Positions 28,301-42,000 of a DNA stretch of 64,000 nt are shown piece after piece. Position numbers and translations under genes: made by a program. Under the pieces are notes generated by a model. That model did no database searches. It had not been told where the DNA came from and worked only from the letters and a program-made list of their open reading frames with translations. This DNA is from Tubiluchus corallicola. Taxonomy: Eukaryota > Animalia > Priapulida. The DNA lies in contig JAQGDQ010000182.1 of the NCBI GenBank assembly GCA_030141605.1, positions 62,001 through 126,000 of the forward strand. Reading direction: 5' to 3'. Positions within the stretch are counted from its first letter, which is position 1. Each line of letters begins with the position of its first letter.

Positions 28301-30667
28301 AACTTAAAATTAAAAATCATATTTACATTAAAATTTGTATGTAACCAGCCGATGAAAACTATGTAGGAAACAAAAGCAATCCTTGCTCGCCTCTCTAAAA
28401 GTGCAAAAGCATGACAGTAGTAGAAGAGGCTGTCGCAGTGTGTTCGTACATGTGTCTAACCAATTACACATGTTTATTTTTTCTTTCCGCGAAAATGCTT
28501 TCCCACATAAATAAGGGGATCGGAATGTTTTGACAGACAGATGCAAAATAACAACATTTTTTCAAATTAATGGCATCAGCTGCAGTTGCCCATAGCGAAG
28601 AATTTGGACTCACGGGTATATTCCCGTATTGCGGCCTGTAGCACGGAAAATGAGTCAATCAACCGGCAGGGATGTCCCAACCACATTCGGATGTATTTAC
28701 GGCCCAGAGTATCAAACATAGACAGTCACAAGCCATTCACAATAAATTTCATAAAAATGCCTACAAAAACTTTTGGGCAGCGTTTAAATATCCAGAAACT
28801 AGCGTCCAATATTTCCACATTATTAGCGTACGTTTTTTCAATTCAGACTTCTGCAAGATCCCCTTTTCTTGGATCTACTTTGCTTTCTTTAGGTGGGGGG
28901 GGGGCAACATGATAACTACCCGTTGTTAGCACAAAGGTCGAGTTATTTGCCCCGGAAAAGTCGGCTTTTCTCTAATTAAATAATTTAAGCCTCTTGCACT
29001 GTGTATGTGTGTTACAGCAGCAGAATCAGACTGTTGCTCTAGCTCAATTATGCGTCAGAGTGTGAATAATTAAAGCAATTTAGAACTGACTCACCAGACT
29101 CAGTGTAATATTGTGGAATATAATTATTGTTGTGTGTACTTTGAGGGCTGTGTGTATGTGTGTGTATATATAATATAACTGCACATAACATACGAACTTA
29201 TTTATTTATTATACTGTGCTCAATATATGATAGTAAAAAAGCTTTCACACTATAGTATGATTTATTGTATTATTTGTATTAATTTGTGATGTGTATATGA
29301 ACTTTGTAAAGTTTGAAATAAAATATTAAAACAAATCAAATCAAATCAGTCAGTCAGTCAGTTACCCATGTATTCATTCAACCATTTATTTATTTATTTA
29401 TTAACTAACTTCAAAGAATTAAATCATTAGAAGAAACCAGAACAAAAACAATAAGCATAGTGTAAACAGGTTTTTCAGTGTCTCTCCAATAAAAACAGAC
29501 ACGGTTTAAAAAGAATGTCATTTTTGTTGTTTGAATGCAATAGTTTTGCAGGATGAGCTCTATTTTTTGTAGATATTTGTAGAATAGAATAGAATAGAAA
29601 TTTATTTTTTACATGGATTTGCATCAAAACTGACTATAACACAATATTTCCATGATGGTCCATGCATGGTTAGTACATAAAATAGATAATTTCAAATAAG
29701 TAAAATTAAAATTAAACAAATAAAAAATTACGCATTAATAGCATACATTAAATAAAATGAACAATTAATTAAAAGCCTAAGCATTAAGAATTAGGAATTT
29801 TAAATTTACACAAAGTTTACTTTCTAGTACGTATACGACAGTAGTGCAGTACATTAGAGCACATAAAACCGTATAAGTATTCACTTTTAAGCAAAAGACC
29901 CCATTGTATTTTGATGACGTGGTTTGATGACGTGACTTCGTTTATCACTTGTTTAAATCCAGGCCGGGTAAACATTGCACCATTTCATTCGTGCGATCAA
30001 ATTTCGTTTTAAAATTTAAACGATGACTAAAATGAAAGACTTCATTCAACATTTAACATTTATAATCATTGAATAATCATTAAAATATATTTAGAATCAC
30101 GCTGACACGTTACTGTTTTTTCTTGAAAACATGTTCTTAAGGTCGAAGACAGAGCAAGATCTTGTCAAAGATCTTTGCAATTTGCAAGTTACTGAGTTAA
30201 GTCTTTCTCTTTAAATACTCCCGCTTTGTTTCTTTACTATAATTATAAACAGTGTGTCTGTAATTATTATGTGTGTATGACGTCTTTTATGAGCCATTTG
30301 CACTTTTATTTCAGAGACACTGAAAAGTTCGTTACACTATATTTATTATAATGTAGGGCTAATACTTCAAAAGTGTAAATTTGGCTTTTTGTGTCCATTT
30401 AATTTTTGTAGAAGTGCATAGCCTTGTTTTTTTTATTTTTTACTTTAGTTTTTTTTGCGCCGCTAGTTTGGTCTGTGTTAATTGAACCTATATGAGAAAT
30501 AGCTGGGATGAAAATAATTCTAATATGAATGACAGAGGGAAAAAAGTGCAGTGGACAATGAAAGAAGTGAATGATTAGTCAATATCCTCTAAATATACTA
30601 CTAAAAGATGTTTTTAAACCAATATTACAGTGATGCTACTACAATGCGATGACTATTATAGTACAGT

Positions 30668-31431
<764 letters not shown>

Positions 31432-34172
31432 ACATCAACAAGAGTAGCATTAGCAAGAGCCGTAGCAGCAGCAGCAACGGCAGTAGTTGTTGTTTCATGC
31501 ACAGACCCTTGATTTTGTTAATTCCGTGGCTACAATATTTGGGTTTGTGCTAGTTCGCTCCGTATGCAGGATTACAGCAATTGATTAATTCCCAGTTCGC
31601 ACGAAAACGAATGTGAAGCAGATAACTAATCATATGGCTGGCGAATGACAATTGATTTAGTTTTACGCTTATGTAGGCCTTATATACTTACATTTAATTA
31701 TAGTTTCTCAAGAGACAGCCAACTATAGCATCATAATTATAATGAGTGCAACCTGTCCAACAAAATGTGATCAGTGAAGTATCCCATAGAGTTAACTCTG
31801 TGCGTTTTCCCAGTGGTTGTCATTTGATTGAGTGTAGTAATGTGGGACTGGTAGTTAGTGCCTGTTTCATTTAGCTTCGTTTATTCTAAACAAAACTCGG
31901 TTGGAAGAAGCAATGCCAACTGCAATGTTTACTGAAATTTTCCGTAATCACTGATAAAAACTGCTCACCATATTACTATAACTCAGACAGATTAAACCAA
32001 TAATCTTTTTAACTTCGTTAACTATATCGTTTCCACTTTTTCAGTAATCAATTACAGACGTTTAACCGAGTTACAATTTTTATTTGTAGCTTACAGCTAG
32101 CTTCTAGCTTCCTTACTGCCGTGTGTATTGTTTGACCGTTTCTTTGTTATAACTGATTTCATACAAATATTAAGCTTGACCATTGTTTTATCCTAGCAAC
32201 ACATTTAAGCCTCCCTCTCATTGTTTCAAGACGCCTAAAAAATTTTTAATAATTATTTAAAAAAATAATATTTTTTAATAATTTAATAATTTTTAATCGC
32301 AGATTTAAATCGTGCAATGATTTTGTTGTGATTTTTAATGAAAATTGATTAATGTGTTTTTTGATGCTCAATAAAGTAACAATAATAATAAGTATATGAT
32401 ATGATTCTGTGTGTGCATAATAGCAAACGAAATCATTTATGAAACATGAGTACAGCTTTCCTGCATTTTTTTAATGGTCACAAGCAATTACTTCTGTGCT
32501 GTAAAAAATGACTCCAATGAGACATGAACGCACTCCAAGGCTTGAGTTGTTGTTAAATTATGTAAAAGTTTTCAGATTATTGCATGCAACCAAATGAACA
32601 ACTAAATTAAGTTCATGGATTTCGGCTTCTGTAATGACCATTTATCACGACACGTGTATGAGCACTGTGCTTTCTTCATTAATCAAGTACTCAAGCGTGA
32701 ACGGTTATACTTTCAGTGCTAACATACGCAAACAACACTTGTTTATGTGTGTAATTTGCTTACTAACTGTACTTTTTAAATCAAACTAGTAACTTGCACT
32801 TTGGCGTAGTTTTCGTAATGTCCATGCATTTCTTCTCAGTAAAGAGTGCTCGAGAGGCTTGGCTTATGTAATTTATTATAATATGACGCAACATTAACTT
32901 TCTATAGGCAGTTGACGTAACAACAAAAGCCTTTCCACGAAGATCCTTCTTCAGATATACATAAATATGTAGCTTGATGCTGCTGTATTTAATTACTTAT
33001 AACAGCCATTTTACACCCCATCATTATAAATCTTCCTGTCAATGACTATCCTTGGGGGAAAAACTAATAAACAGCAGGAACTTGATGACTTTACCTGCCA
33101 GTTCGACCATAAAGGTACCCTTCTCGATGGCTTTCGGTACTCATTGCATGATGTACATCATGCAGCTCTTCCAGAAATCGCAGCGACATGCCCTTGGAAG
33201 CCAAGTTTAAATGTCGCTTGATCAAATTAATAACTTTATTGCGCTAGATTTGTATGTATATTTGCCCGCTGTTGGTTTGGTTTATTACCATTGGGAGGAG
33301 GCTCCATTGTGGTGGAATCCCAATTACAAACCACATTCAGCAATCTGGCAGACAATTTCCCAGATGCTTCTCGTTCTCGACTCAGTGTTGCAGCCAGAAT
33401 GTTTCAAGTGGTCAAGCAATTTGCACTAAGGGAACGCATCTATGACGTGATAAGAATCTATGGATAGGCCCCGTCTCGGTTACATATGAATCCGACGGAT
33501 ACTGATTTAATAATAACAAGATAAGGAGATTGCTGTTGAGTTTTATGTTATGACAAACTGAGAAGGTCGTGCGGTTGCTTGCTCAAAAATTAGAACATCT
33601 ACTGCTACAGTTTTCAGCGAGTTAGCAAAAACTGTGGTTGAGGACATTGAAGGAATCATTAAGAATAACTCAAAAATCTACAAATCAATGTCAAAAAACA
33701 TAGTCATAATTAAGACAGGCGCAAATATTTTCTCCCGATTTAATTAGGCATATTAGGTAATAATTAGGCAATAATTAGGCACAGTTAGACATATTAGGCA
33801 CATGTTTCGACTTTTTGACTTACACATTATTGAGTATTTTCTAATGATTCCTTCATGATCATTAATTTCTCAACCATATCACTTGTTTCATATGTATTGT
33901 TATTAGATAGAAAGAATCACAAACTTATTTTAATGTTTTTTATACAATGCTGAATCCTACAAAGCGAAATCCAGCATTCGATAACAGGTCCTACTGAAAC
34001 TGGCAAGTTGTGGCACGGCCGGAATCTGGTTTATTATAAAGTTTATGGCTCTAGGACGAGGCATGTAACTGAACTGAACGTTATCTGTTGCAGACTTGCA
34101 GGTCAAGGTCATCCTACAGTTAGACAAGGTCAAAGGTTACATGTGACAAACCAGTAATTAAGTAACACATCC

Positions 34173-34259
<87 letters not shown>

Positions 34260-34266
34260 AATAATA

Positions 34267-34331
<65 letters not shown>
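34173..34331. repeat. (AAT)n(AAC)n(AAT)n microsatellite
   Basis: Direct reading. Confidence 0.97.
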
Positions 34332-34332
<1 letters not shown>

Positions 34333-35164
34333 CAAATCTTGGACTATATTTAGCAATGAAAGCGTGATTTAATGACTGACGAGCGATTTGAGCCATAATC
34401 AAGTTTTATTCGATTGCATTTTGTTTTCCAGCTTCAGTAGGCTCAATAAAAGGAAATGCTTGTTTTGTTAAGTTGATTTTCTGGCTGTTCGTAGCTTTAA
34501 TCGCCCGAAAGTTTTCTTAGAAATAGAAACGTGCATAAACTGTCAACTGTTACAGAAATCCTGCTAAAAGAGCAAGATTATTCTCATTTTCACATTTAGC
34601 TTTCAATTAGATAAAATTTGTATTAGACAAACAAGAGAACATAGTTTTTGTCAGGTGCTATCTCATAATTTCCCTAAAACTATAACTGTCTTATTCTCTA
34701 GATTAATTGCTATAGCCCAAAATTTTGCTAAACCGCAAAGAAATTTTAAATTAGCCTAGATTTTTATAGAAGTTTCAAGTGAAAAAGAAAAATGTGATAG
34801 TTAGAAAAGTTTTATAAATTAAACGATAATTCATCAATTGATTTAAGAGAGTTCATTTGTGGCTCTGTCTCTTGTTATTATGTCTGAGAAAGAAAAACGC
34901 CAGAGCTTTGAAATATCAAATGTGATTTTAATATCTAAAATAATCACTTCTGTATGTAACTGTTTATCTAATTTGTGTGAATTTAAATGAAATTAGTATG
35001 CAACTAAAATCATTATAGCACGACACGAATTCAAGATGTAGATTTTGAGATAAATCAAGAGTTCTCTAAGTGCGTTATCCAGATGTAATATTAAGTTACT
35101 GGCTTATTTATCTCGATGTAAATTTCTTAGCTTGATGTTATTAAAGTGAAATAAGTACTTGTTA

Positions 35165-35690
35165 AAAGTTTAACCAATTACAGAAATTCAGTTATTATAA
35201 TAAAAAGGCATAAATAAGAATCCTAAACATTTTAACGAACCATTAATGATAGTTTTTTGATTATATCTTTTAGTACTTTCTCCATAATTATCATTTCCCT
35301 AGATACTCGTAGTAGTATGATAATGTTTTTGTTTTGTTTCAGGTTAACAATGCTAAGAAACTTATTGTAATAGCATGCAGAGTGTTATAAATTACAAATG
35401 GTGTTTCTTAGATTCTACAGAACAGATTCTAAAGTTTAACCAATTACAGAAATTCAGTTATTATAATAAAAAGGCATAAATAAGAATCCTAAACATTTTA
35501 ACGAACCATTAATGATAGTTTTTTGATTATATCTTTTAGTACTTTCTCCATAATTATCATTTCCCTAGATACTCGTAGTAGTATGATAATGTTTTTGTTT
35601 TGTTTCAGGTTAACAATGCTAAGAAACTTATTGTAATAGCATGCAGAGTGTTATAAATTACAAATGGTGTTTCTTAGATTCTACAGAACA
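35165..35690. repeat. Near-perfect 260-bp tandem duplication
   Basis: 35165-35424 is repeated at 35431-35690 with no differences that I could see; 6-nt spacer gattct. Confidence 0.92.
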
Positions 35691-36598
35691 ATATGAATCT
35701 CTTCTTAACATCATTATTTCAAGCTCTTGAGTACAATCATAGCGCAATGTTGTGATTAGAACATCCCACCATATCAATAATTACAGTACTTGTGATTATC
35801 ACACGGAAAACCTCTCCATGGAGCAATAAATCTAATTACTTGATTCTGGATTGTAATACAGCCGTGCTTTTAAATAATAATGGCGCGTGTAAGGCGACAT
35901 GTATAGGGGTCACTTCAAGCGAAAGACCAGCATTGGTCAATTCTATAAAGTGGAGAGAGGAAGATACTTGAGAAAAGGGCTGCTTTATTGAGCTGTTATA
36001 ACGTACTGGCTGCTTAAACTTACAGCCATAACAAATTTGTAGCAACTGTGTTTTACGCTGTTACTTTTCTCTAAGGTTCACGATAAAACAGAAATAACTC
36101 TTAATAGAAGTATAATAAAAAGTTCCACAATAAAGAAGTGAACAAACAAGGCAATTATCCCCACCATTATTGACTATCTTCAGGTGAAAGGTGAAATAAT
36201 TAAAAATGTACAAAAGATCCATGGACTATTTTTTAGGTGTTATGATAATCACAAACCCAAAAAACAAATTTGGATTTTTAAGCTTTTTCCACTTCCTCTG
36301 AAGACAGTCACAGTAGTGGAGTGAGTCGTGGAATTTTGTGATTTCTATTTTTGCTCCACGGTTAAAGCACTTTGACAACAGAAGCCTACTTTTTCAAAGT
36401 TATTGACAAAGTTATTGTTCTGTTAATGACACAGTTATTCTAATCTTAATTATTAAACATTTATTAAGATTCTACATATTTCTTTGTTTCTAAAACGACG
36501 GCACCTAGAGTCACTAAACTTGGTGGATACACACGTGGTAGGCAGTGGTATGGTGGCCGGTGACCTCGGGTCAAAGAGTCAATCACACTGGACATCGG

Positions 36599-36986
36599 TC
36601 AGTTTTTTCCTTTGTTGCTCAACTCCCTCTTGGGCTTTGAGTTAAATTCAAAATTTTTTAACAGGTATTTAGGTCCTTTAGGCAGCCCGCTCAGGAGTGC
36701 GCTGCTGCGTAGGTAGTGAGTACTCAATGGGTTAGCAGATACGGTTGCAAAACCCTGCCCATGTGCTTTTGCATCAGACGAGTTTAGATGGTTTCGGGCC
36801 ATCTCTCTTTTAGCACGGTTGATATCGCGCCCATTGCTGTAGGCTTCGAGGTTTGTCTCCCTCTTGGCCCACTCCAGCTCTTTGTTCCACACCGGAGCCG
36901 ATGCACTCATGCTCACCAGTGAGTCTGGCGAGGCTTGCATACGACTGAGCATCTTGACCTTCATCAGAGGCACATCCTCTTCAAGA
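36599..36986 (-). CDS. Uncharacterised 131-aa basic protein, exon 2 (terminal coding exon) of an antisense nested gene
   Basis: GC-richer, non-repetitive open frame LEEDVPLMKVKMLSRMQ...KRELSNKGKN*. Minus-strand acceptor aatttttccag immediately before 36986; stop TGA at 36601-36599; minus-strand AATAAA at 36465-36460. Confidence 0.72.
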
Positions 36987-37572
36987 CTGGAAAAATTGTG
37001 TATTAAGTATTTTTTTGGAAATTGGAATCTAGGAAAGTTCCGAGTTAGGAGCCAGAATGTGAAAATTAGGGTAAACTGCTTTTTCGCTCAATTCCTCTTA
37101 CAGTATTGGACTAGGAGTCAATGTTTATGCATGTGTGGGCAGGCAGATGGGTGTACCTGCGCACTAAGTACTTTTCGAAAAGTGGGCTTGGCTTGGTCAG
37201 GTGACAAAATGTTAAAATGGGCTGGTCAATAACTGTCCTTTTGTGCTGATAAGGCTTAATAATGTACATGTTGTTTCATTTATCTGTATTCATTTAGTCG
37301 GTTTTAGTCGTTTGTTGTTTGGGACTAATAGGCAGTTTTCATTGCTATTCGGAGGGTTTGGTTCCTTGTTGTAGTGGTTAATGCATGGCTATGTGTAATT
37401 TTTTATCTACTCATAATAAAATATAAAGCAAATTCTAATGTTTACTTAATTAGCTGAAAATTACATAATTACCTAATTATTTCAGCTTTAATTCAATTGG
37501 TAGGCTCAATATTTATTTACACATTTTTCATTTTGTTTGACAGTTCACGAGCAGCACACAGAAAATTCTCAC

Positions 37573-37580
37573 CATGCCAT
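37573..37580 (-). CDS. Uncharacterised 131-aa protein, coding part of exon 1 (ATG GCA TG)
   Basis: The minus strand reads aaagcaaacATGGCATG|GTGAGA: good Kozak context and a canonical donor at 37572. The phase-2 end joins exon 2 in frame (TG|T = Cys), giving MACLEEDVPL...; intron 36987-37572 (586 nt). Confidence 0.65.
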
Positions 37581-37689
37581 GTTTGCTTTTGTTCTGTCTG
37601 TGTTATTCTAAGCACTTCAAATCTATTTCTACGCCCATCTTGCATGTCAGTCTGTCTTCCGACTTTTAAAGACACCCTTTTGAGCTATT

Positions 37690-37960
37690 AAACAACCTGA
37701 TGTTCGTATTATTGTTTCATTCATTGATTCGTCTGAGCGCGTAAAATTTTAACGAGCGCCATTACAGTCTCCCGTAGTGACTACAACCAAACTTTTGCAA
37801 AACGCATGCGCAAATGTTTACCGGAAATATGGTGCGTTTCAGTGCTTAACGTGGCTTCAGCAGAAACTTGAAGCATTTTAACTGTGCGAATGTGTCAATG
37901 TGCGAATAATACAGGTGTGCGGCGATTAAAGATGATGATAACTTCGAGTAGCAGAAGCCG
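37690..37960. promoter_or_regulatory. Candidate bidirectional promoter between the antisense gene and GPCR exon B
   Basis: CpG-richer patch between two divergent ATGs 455 bp apart; NRF1-like CGCATGCGCA (37803-37812), ETS-like CCGGAA (37821-37826), YY1-like CGCCATT (37757-37763) and an ACTACA-type motif (37780-37785). Confidence 0.5.
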
Positions 37961-38034
37961 TTGTCGTCATTGTTGTGGTTGTTGTTGCCGTCGATTGCAG
38001 CTGTTTTGAAGAAGAAAAGAAATTATTTCAAGAA

Positions 38035-38304
38035 ATGAAGTCGTTGTTTGCATTGTGCATCTGGGTTTTTGGCTTCATTCAGTTCTGCGGTTCCTTGGGC
38101 AGGACCGGTGGTGAACGATTGAAACCGAATCGAACTAAGGGCGGAAAAATGCCTCTGCATATTATCGGTTTGTTTGACCTAGACGGCGCCTGGGCCGGAG
38201 GTTTGGGCCAACAGCCCGCTGTGACGTTGGGCATAGAACACGTAAATAGGGACAATCGCATACTGAAGGATTACGAACTTCAAATGGTACCTTTAAATAC
38301 AAAG
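38035..38304 (+). CDS. GABA-B receptor-like class C GPCR, first coding exon variant B (signal peptide + start of Venus-flytrap domain)
   Basis: MKSLFALCIWVFGFIQFCGS (signal-like) ... LHIIGLFDLDGAWAGGLGQQPAVTLGIEHVNRDNRILKDYELQMVPLNTK; donor AAG|GTAGGT at 38305, phase 0; 33/50 residues identical to exon A over the domain part. Confidence 0.88.
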
Positions 38305-40136
38305 GTAGGTCAGAAATCAATGTGACGCTGTCTGGTAGATGAAACAAGCGTTTTATGTTGATGTCTGTATATTCAAATATCAAAATTTGTTTTGTGTGGA
38401 ATAATGGAAACTGGAGAAATTTTGTAGAAACATTTTCATCGACGGGGTCTTTCAAAAAGACTGTTACCACATTTGCGGGAACAAATTCATGTAGAAACTA
38501 AGTGCCAAAGTAACAATTTCTATAATTTATCAAATGTAATCTATAATTTTTTATAATTTATTAAATTGAGTACAAATTAAATTATTCCTTAAACAATAGT
38601 TAAATAAAGTTCAATGTTGAACAGTCAAATCCTCAAAAGTTGCGCTAATATAGAAAGTGGTTCCAATGCTATTATTATACGTTCTCCAATCAATGTTTCG
38701 GCTCCAAGCATTTACCCAAAAAGAAAAACGTATAAAGAGGCCGTGACAAAAAACGTAAAGAATCCGTGACTTTGTATGATAAAACACATTATCTTCTCTT
38801 TGCGTTTACACGATTATTTCCAAAAACCATAATAGCATAAATGATAGGTGTTTTCGGCACAGATTTTTAAAAAAAATATTGGTATTCTGAAAATTGCAAC
38901 TCGTCATCAGAATTGTATACTAAATAGCAACTTTGAAAAGTTGTTATAAGAAATGTACCGCACGGTTTTGTCTATACTTCTATTTCTTTAATTTTAATTG
39001 AAGGCCACGATCATATACTTGTACTCAGAATCAGTCTTGCAGAAAGTGCAAAAGCAAAATTTTTTAATTAAGCAGGAGTGAAAAATTGCAATTAATTTTG
39101 GTTTAACTTTTTACCAATGACTTTTGTTCACTTCACAAAGTGAGCCATCTTGTTAGCTTTTTTCAACTTTTGCGTTTAAGCCTCGAACACCATCAAATTT
39201 TTGATCCCAAACTTGTCTTTTCCACTTTTATTAGCACCACCCCTATTGCGTGGAAGCGTTGAATGTTTCACTGCCCATTGCGCCGCAGTTCAGAACTTTA
39301 TAATGTTATTAGTTACATTAATTTCATTAACACGAAGTTACTGCATTTAAATTTTATGATCATTATGGAGCTTACGCATTTTCATGTAGTAAAGTCGGCG
39401 AGCTTTGAAGTCACATTTACAATGCACAGGTCGGCAGAGAAGCAAATTTTTTAATGCACTTTGCATGATGACCGTTAATTAAGTATAGGGCGTTTTTCAT
39501 TTTACCAAAGCTTAGTGGGCCCCATCAGCTACAGCTGGATGGGATTCTAATGTTGTTGCCAAATTTGTTCAACTCTTTTTAACTCTTTTCGGCGAGCTGT
39601 TGTTTATTTTTGTTTCAAGACGTGAATTTGCGAAACTGCTAAATATTATTACATAAGTTGCCTTAATTTATAAAACATGATAATATTTGATAGGTGCTGA
39701 GGACGAGAATATAGAAATGAAGAACAGATGGCATTTACAGACTTTCTTAGTTAGCTTTTGTTTTGTTTATAAAGGTGTCGAAGTCAAATATAAATTTAAC
39801 ATCATCTGAATTTCATCAGTCGCTTCGGTTCATTCGTTAGCTAGTTACGTACATGTACATAATTTCTTGTCTTTGTCGTATTACTTCTCGCTCGTTTCTC
39901 GATGTTTTGGATGGCTAAAGATAGCTGAAGTTGGCTGGTTTGTTTGTTTGATTGTTGATTGGTTGCTCACTTGCATGTCTGGTCGGTTAGTTATCTAGCT
40001 GGTAGGTAGGTATGTTGCGTCGTTGGTCGGTCAGTCGATTGGTGAGTTTTCATGCTGTTTAAGATTTTCTTTCTATGTATTTTCATCTCCTTTCTCTCCC
40101 TCTTCCCCCTCTCTCCCTTCCCCTCTCTCTGAATCT

Positions 40137-40176
<40 letters not shown>

Positions 40177-40816
40177 TTCTTTCTCTCTAATTCTCTGCAT
40201 TTTCCTCTCTCTTTCTCACACTCCCTCTTCTCGTATCATTCGTCTGCTTCCTTGTCTACTCATTAATTCAAAGAACGCTCATTTATTCATTCATTTATTC
40301 ATCATTTACTCATTCATTCGTTCGTTCATATATTTATTATTCTGTCATTCTCTTCATTCATTCACTGACTCAACTGACCTAAATGAGCAAATGAGTGATT
40401 TTGTTCTATGAACACTAGTATTTTTCAGATCATGAATTAAAGATAATTAGTTCCTATGTTACGCATCATGAATTTACTATTTGGTTTATTATTAATTAAT
40501 GTGCGATGATTTTCTGGAACTGCTCATGCGTAACTTTCTGATGTAATCTTACGTATGCCGATTTCCGTGAACTACAAAGAGTTCCAGTGCTCCCCTGTCT
40601 GGGAAGTTCAGCTGATTAGCCATTGAGTCAAGATAAAGTGCAACAAGCAAAAAGTCCCTTTGACGAGCGTTGAGGTTTCACCTCGGTTGTAGTGTTTCGC
40701 TGTTATGTTAAACTAGAACTGCTCAAAATGTCATCAGGATCAAAATGAGAGTCCACAGTCCTTGTTGACTGTGACACAGTATTTGTGATATGTGGTATCA
40801 CAGAACTGTTAGAATT

Positions 40817-40817
<1 letters not shown>

Positions 40818-40891
<74 letters not shown>

Positions 40892-40930
40892 TTCTCTCTT
40901 TCTCTCTCTCTGTATCTCTCCCCTCTCTCT
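40818..40930. repeat. (CT)n microsatellite
   Basis: Direct reading; a shorter (CT)n also lies at 40141-40174. Confidence 0.95.
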
Positions 40931-41431
40931 TTTTAATCTTCCTCTATCTCTTTTCGTCTGTTCTGTCTTTTTTCTTTCTCCCTGGCTGTCTTTTCGTTCT
41001 CTGGTCTTTCTCTCTCCTTCTTCTTCTTCGCCCACCTCTCCCTCTCTCTCCTTCCAATGTTTCAGCTTATTGAAACTGGATTTTTTTAACTTTGCACAGC
41101 TGTGCAAAAGCATAATAGCACTAGAGATAACTGCAAAATTGCATTTATCTAAAATACGATTTTATCTGATATAGCAGCTACATAGTAATAAAACACCTGT
41201 GTCTAAAAGCAGGTGTGTTAACTGAATGTAATTCTTATAAAAGTTTACAGCTTGGTTAGCTGTGGAATCTAAGCCACTAGAATTATTGCACCAAATTGTA
41301 AATTTTTAGATCAACTCAAGCGTTTAAATTTATGAAAACCAATGTTTGTAAATCAACAGCTTGCAGTTAATGATGACATAAAAAATGCAGTGTGATGAAG
41401 ATTTAATCCAACAATTTAATAAAATTATTAG

Positions 41432-42000
41432 TCCGGGAGCCCAAGCTCGAAACAAGGCCAGCAAAATAAGTTTCGTGCTCTGTCTGGTGACCATTTTTTA
41501 CCCATATCAGATGACAGATGGAACCTTGGTGCTTACTGCCTGAGTACTATTTTCAGGTGGGCTTTGCGGGTAGTACGGGCCAATTTCTGGTACGGGCAAT
41601 ATGGAGAGTAGTACACTGGATAAGAACTTACAGTAACAAAATAAAGTAACTAGGAAAAAGAAACAGGTTTTCAGTAAATATGTTTTTGGGCAATTCTGAG
41701 ATGGGACAGCTTTTAGAGTAGTACGCCATGATGGGTCATTCAAAATTTTTTCTACTACTTTGCAAATGAATACAATGATCTGTGGAATGGTCATCTGCAA
41801 AAATGTTCAATGACTACATGGATGCAACATGAAATAGCCTCTTGCTTGCCTTGCATTAATAAGGGTTTTGGGGGTGGTCCCACAAGGCCCACCTGACAAT
41901 GAGTACTGCCACTCGGGCAGTAAGCACCAAGGTTCCCATATCATCTAATATAGGTAAAAACTGGTTACCAGACTGAACGAAACCAATTTTTGAGCCCGGA
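41432..42000. mobile_element. Non-autonomous DNA transposon with long (~100 bp) imperfect TIRs
   Basis: Left tccggg...gtttcgtgctctgtctggtgaccattttttacccatatcagatga...ggaaccttggtgcttactgcctgagt mirrors right actcgggcagtaagcaccaaggttcc...tcatctaatataggtaaaaactggttaccagactgaacgaaac...cccgga. Confidence 0.8.

Noticed and set aside
33050-33450. Possible decayed RTE/LINE fragment (a similar impression at 49880-50620)
   Set aside because: Too degenerate to support by eye; needs a RepeatMasker/HMM search.
41391-41520. cag|TGT GAT start resembling another CD... exon 2
   Set aside because: No polypyrimidine tract, the translation is unrelated, and it runs into a transposon TIR.
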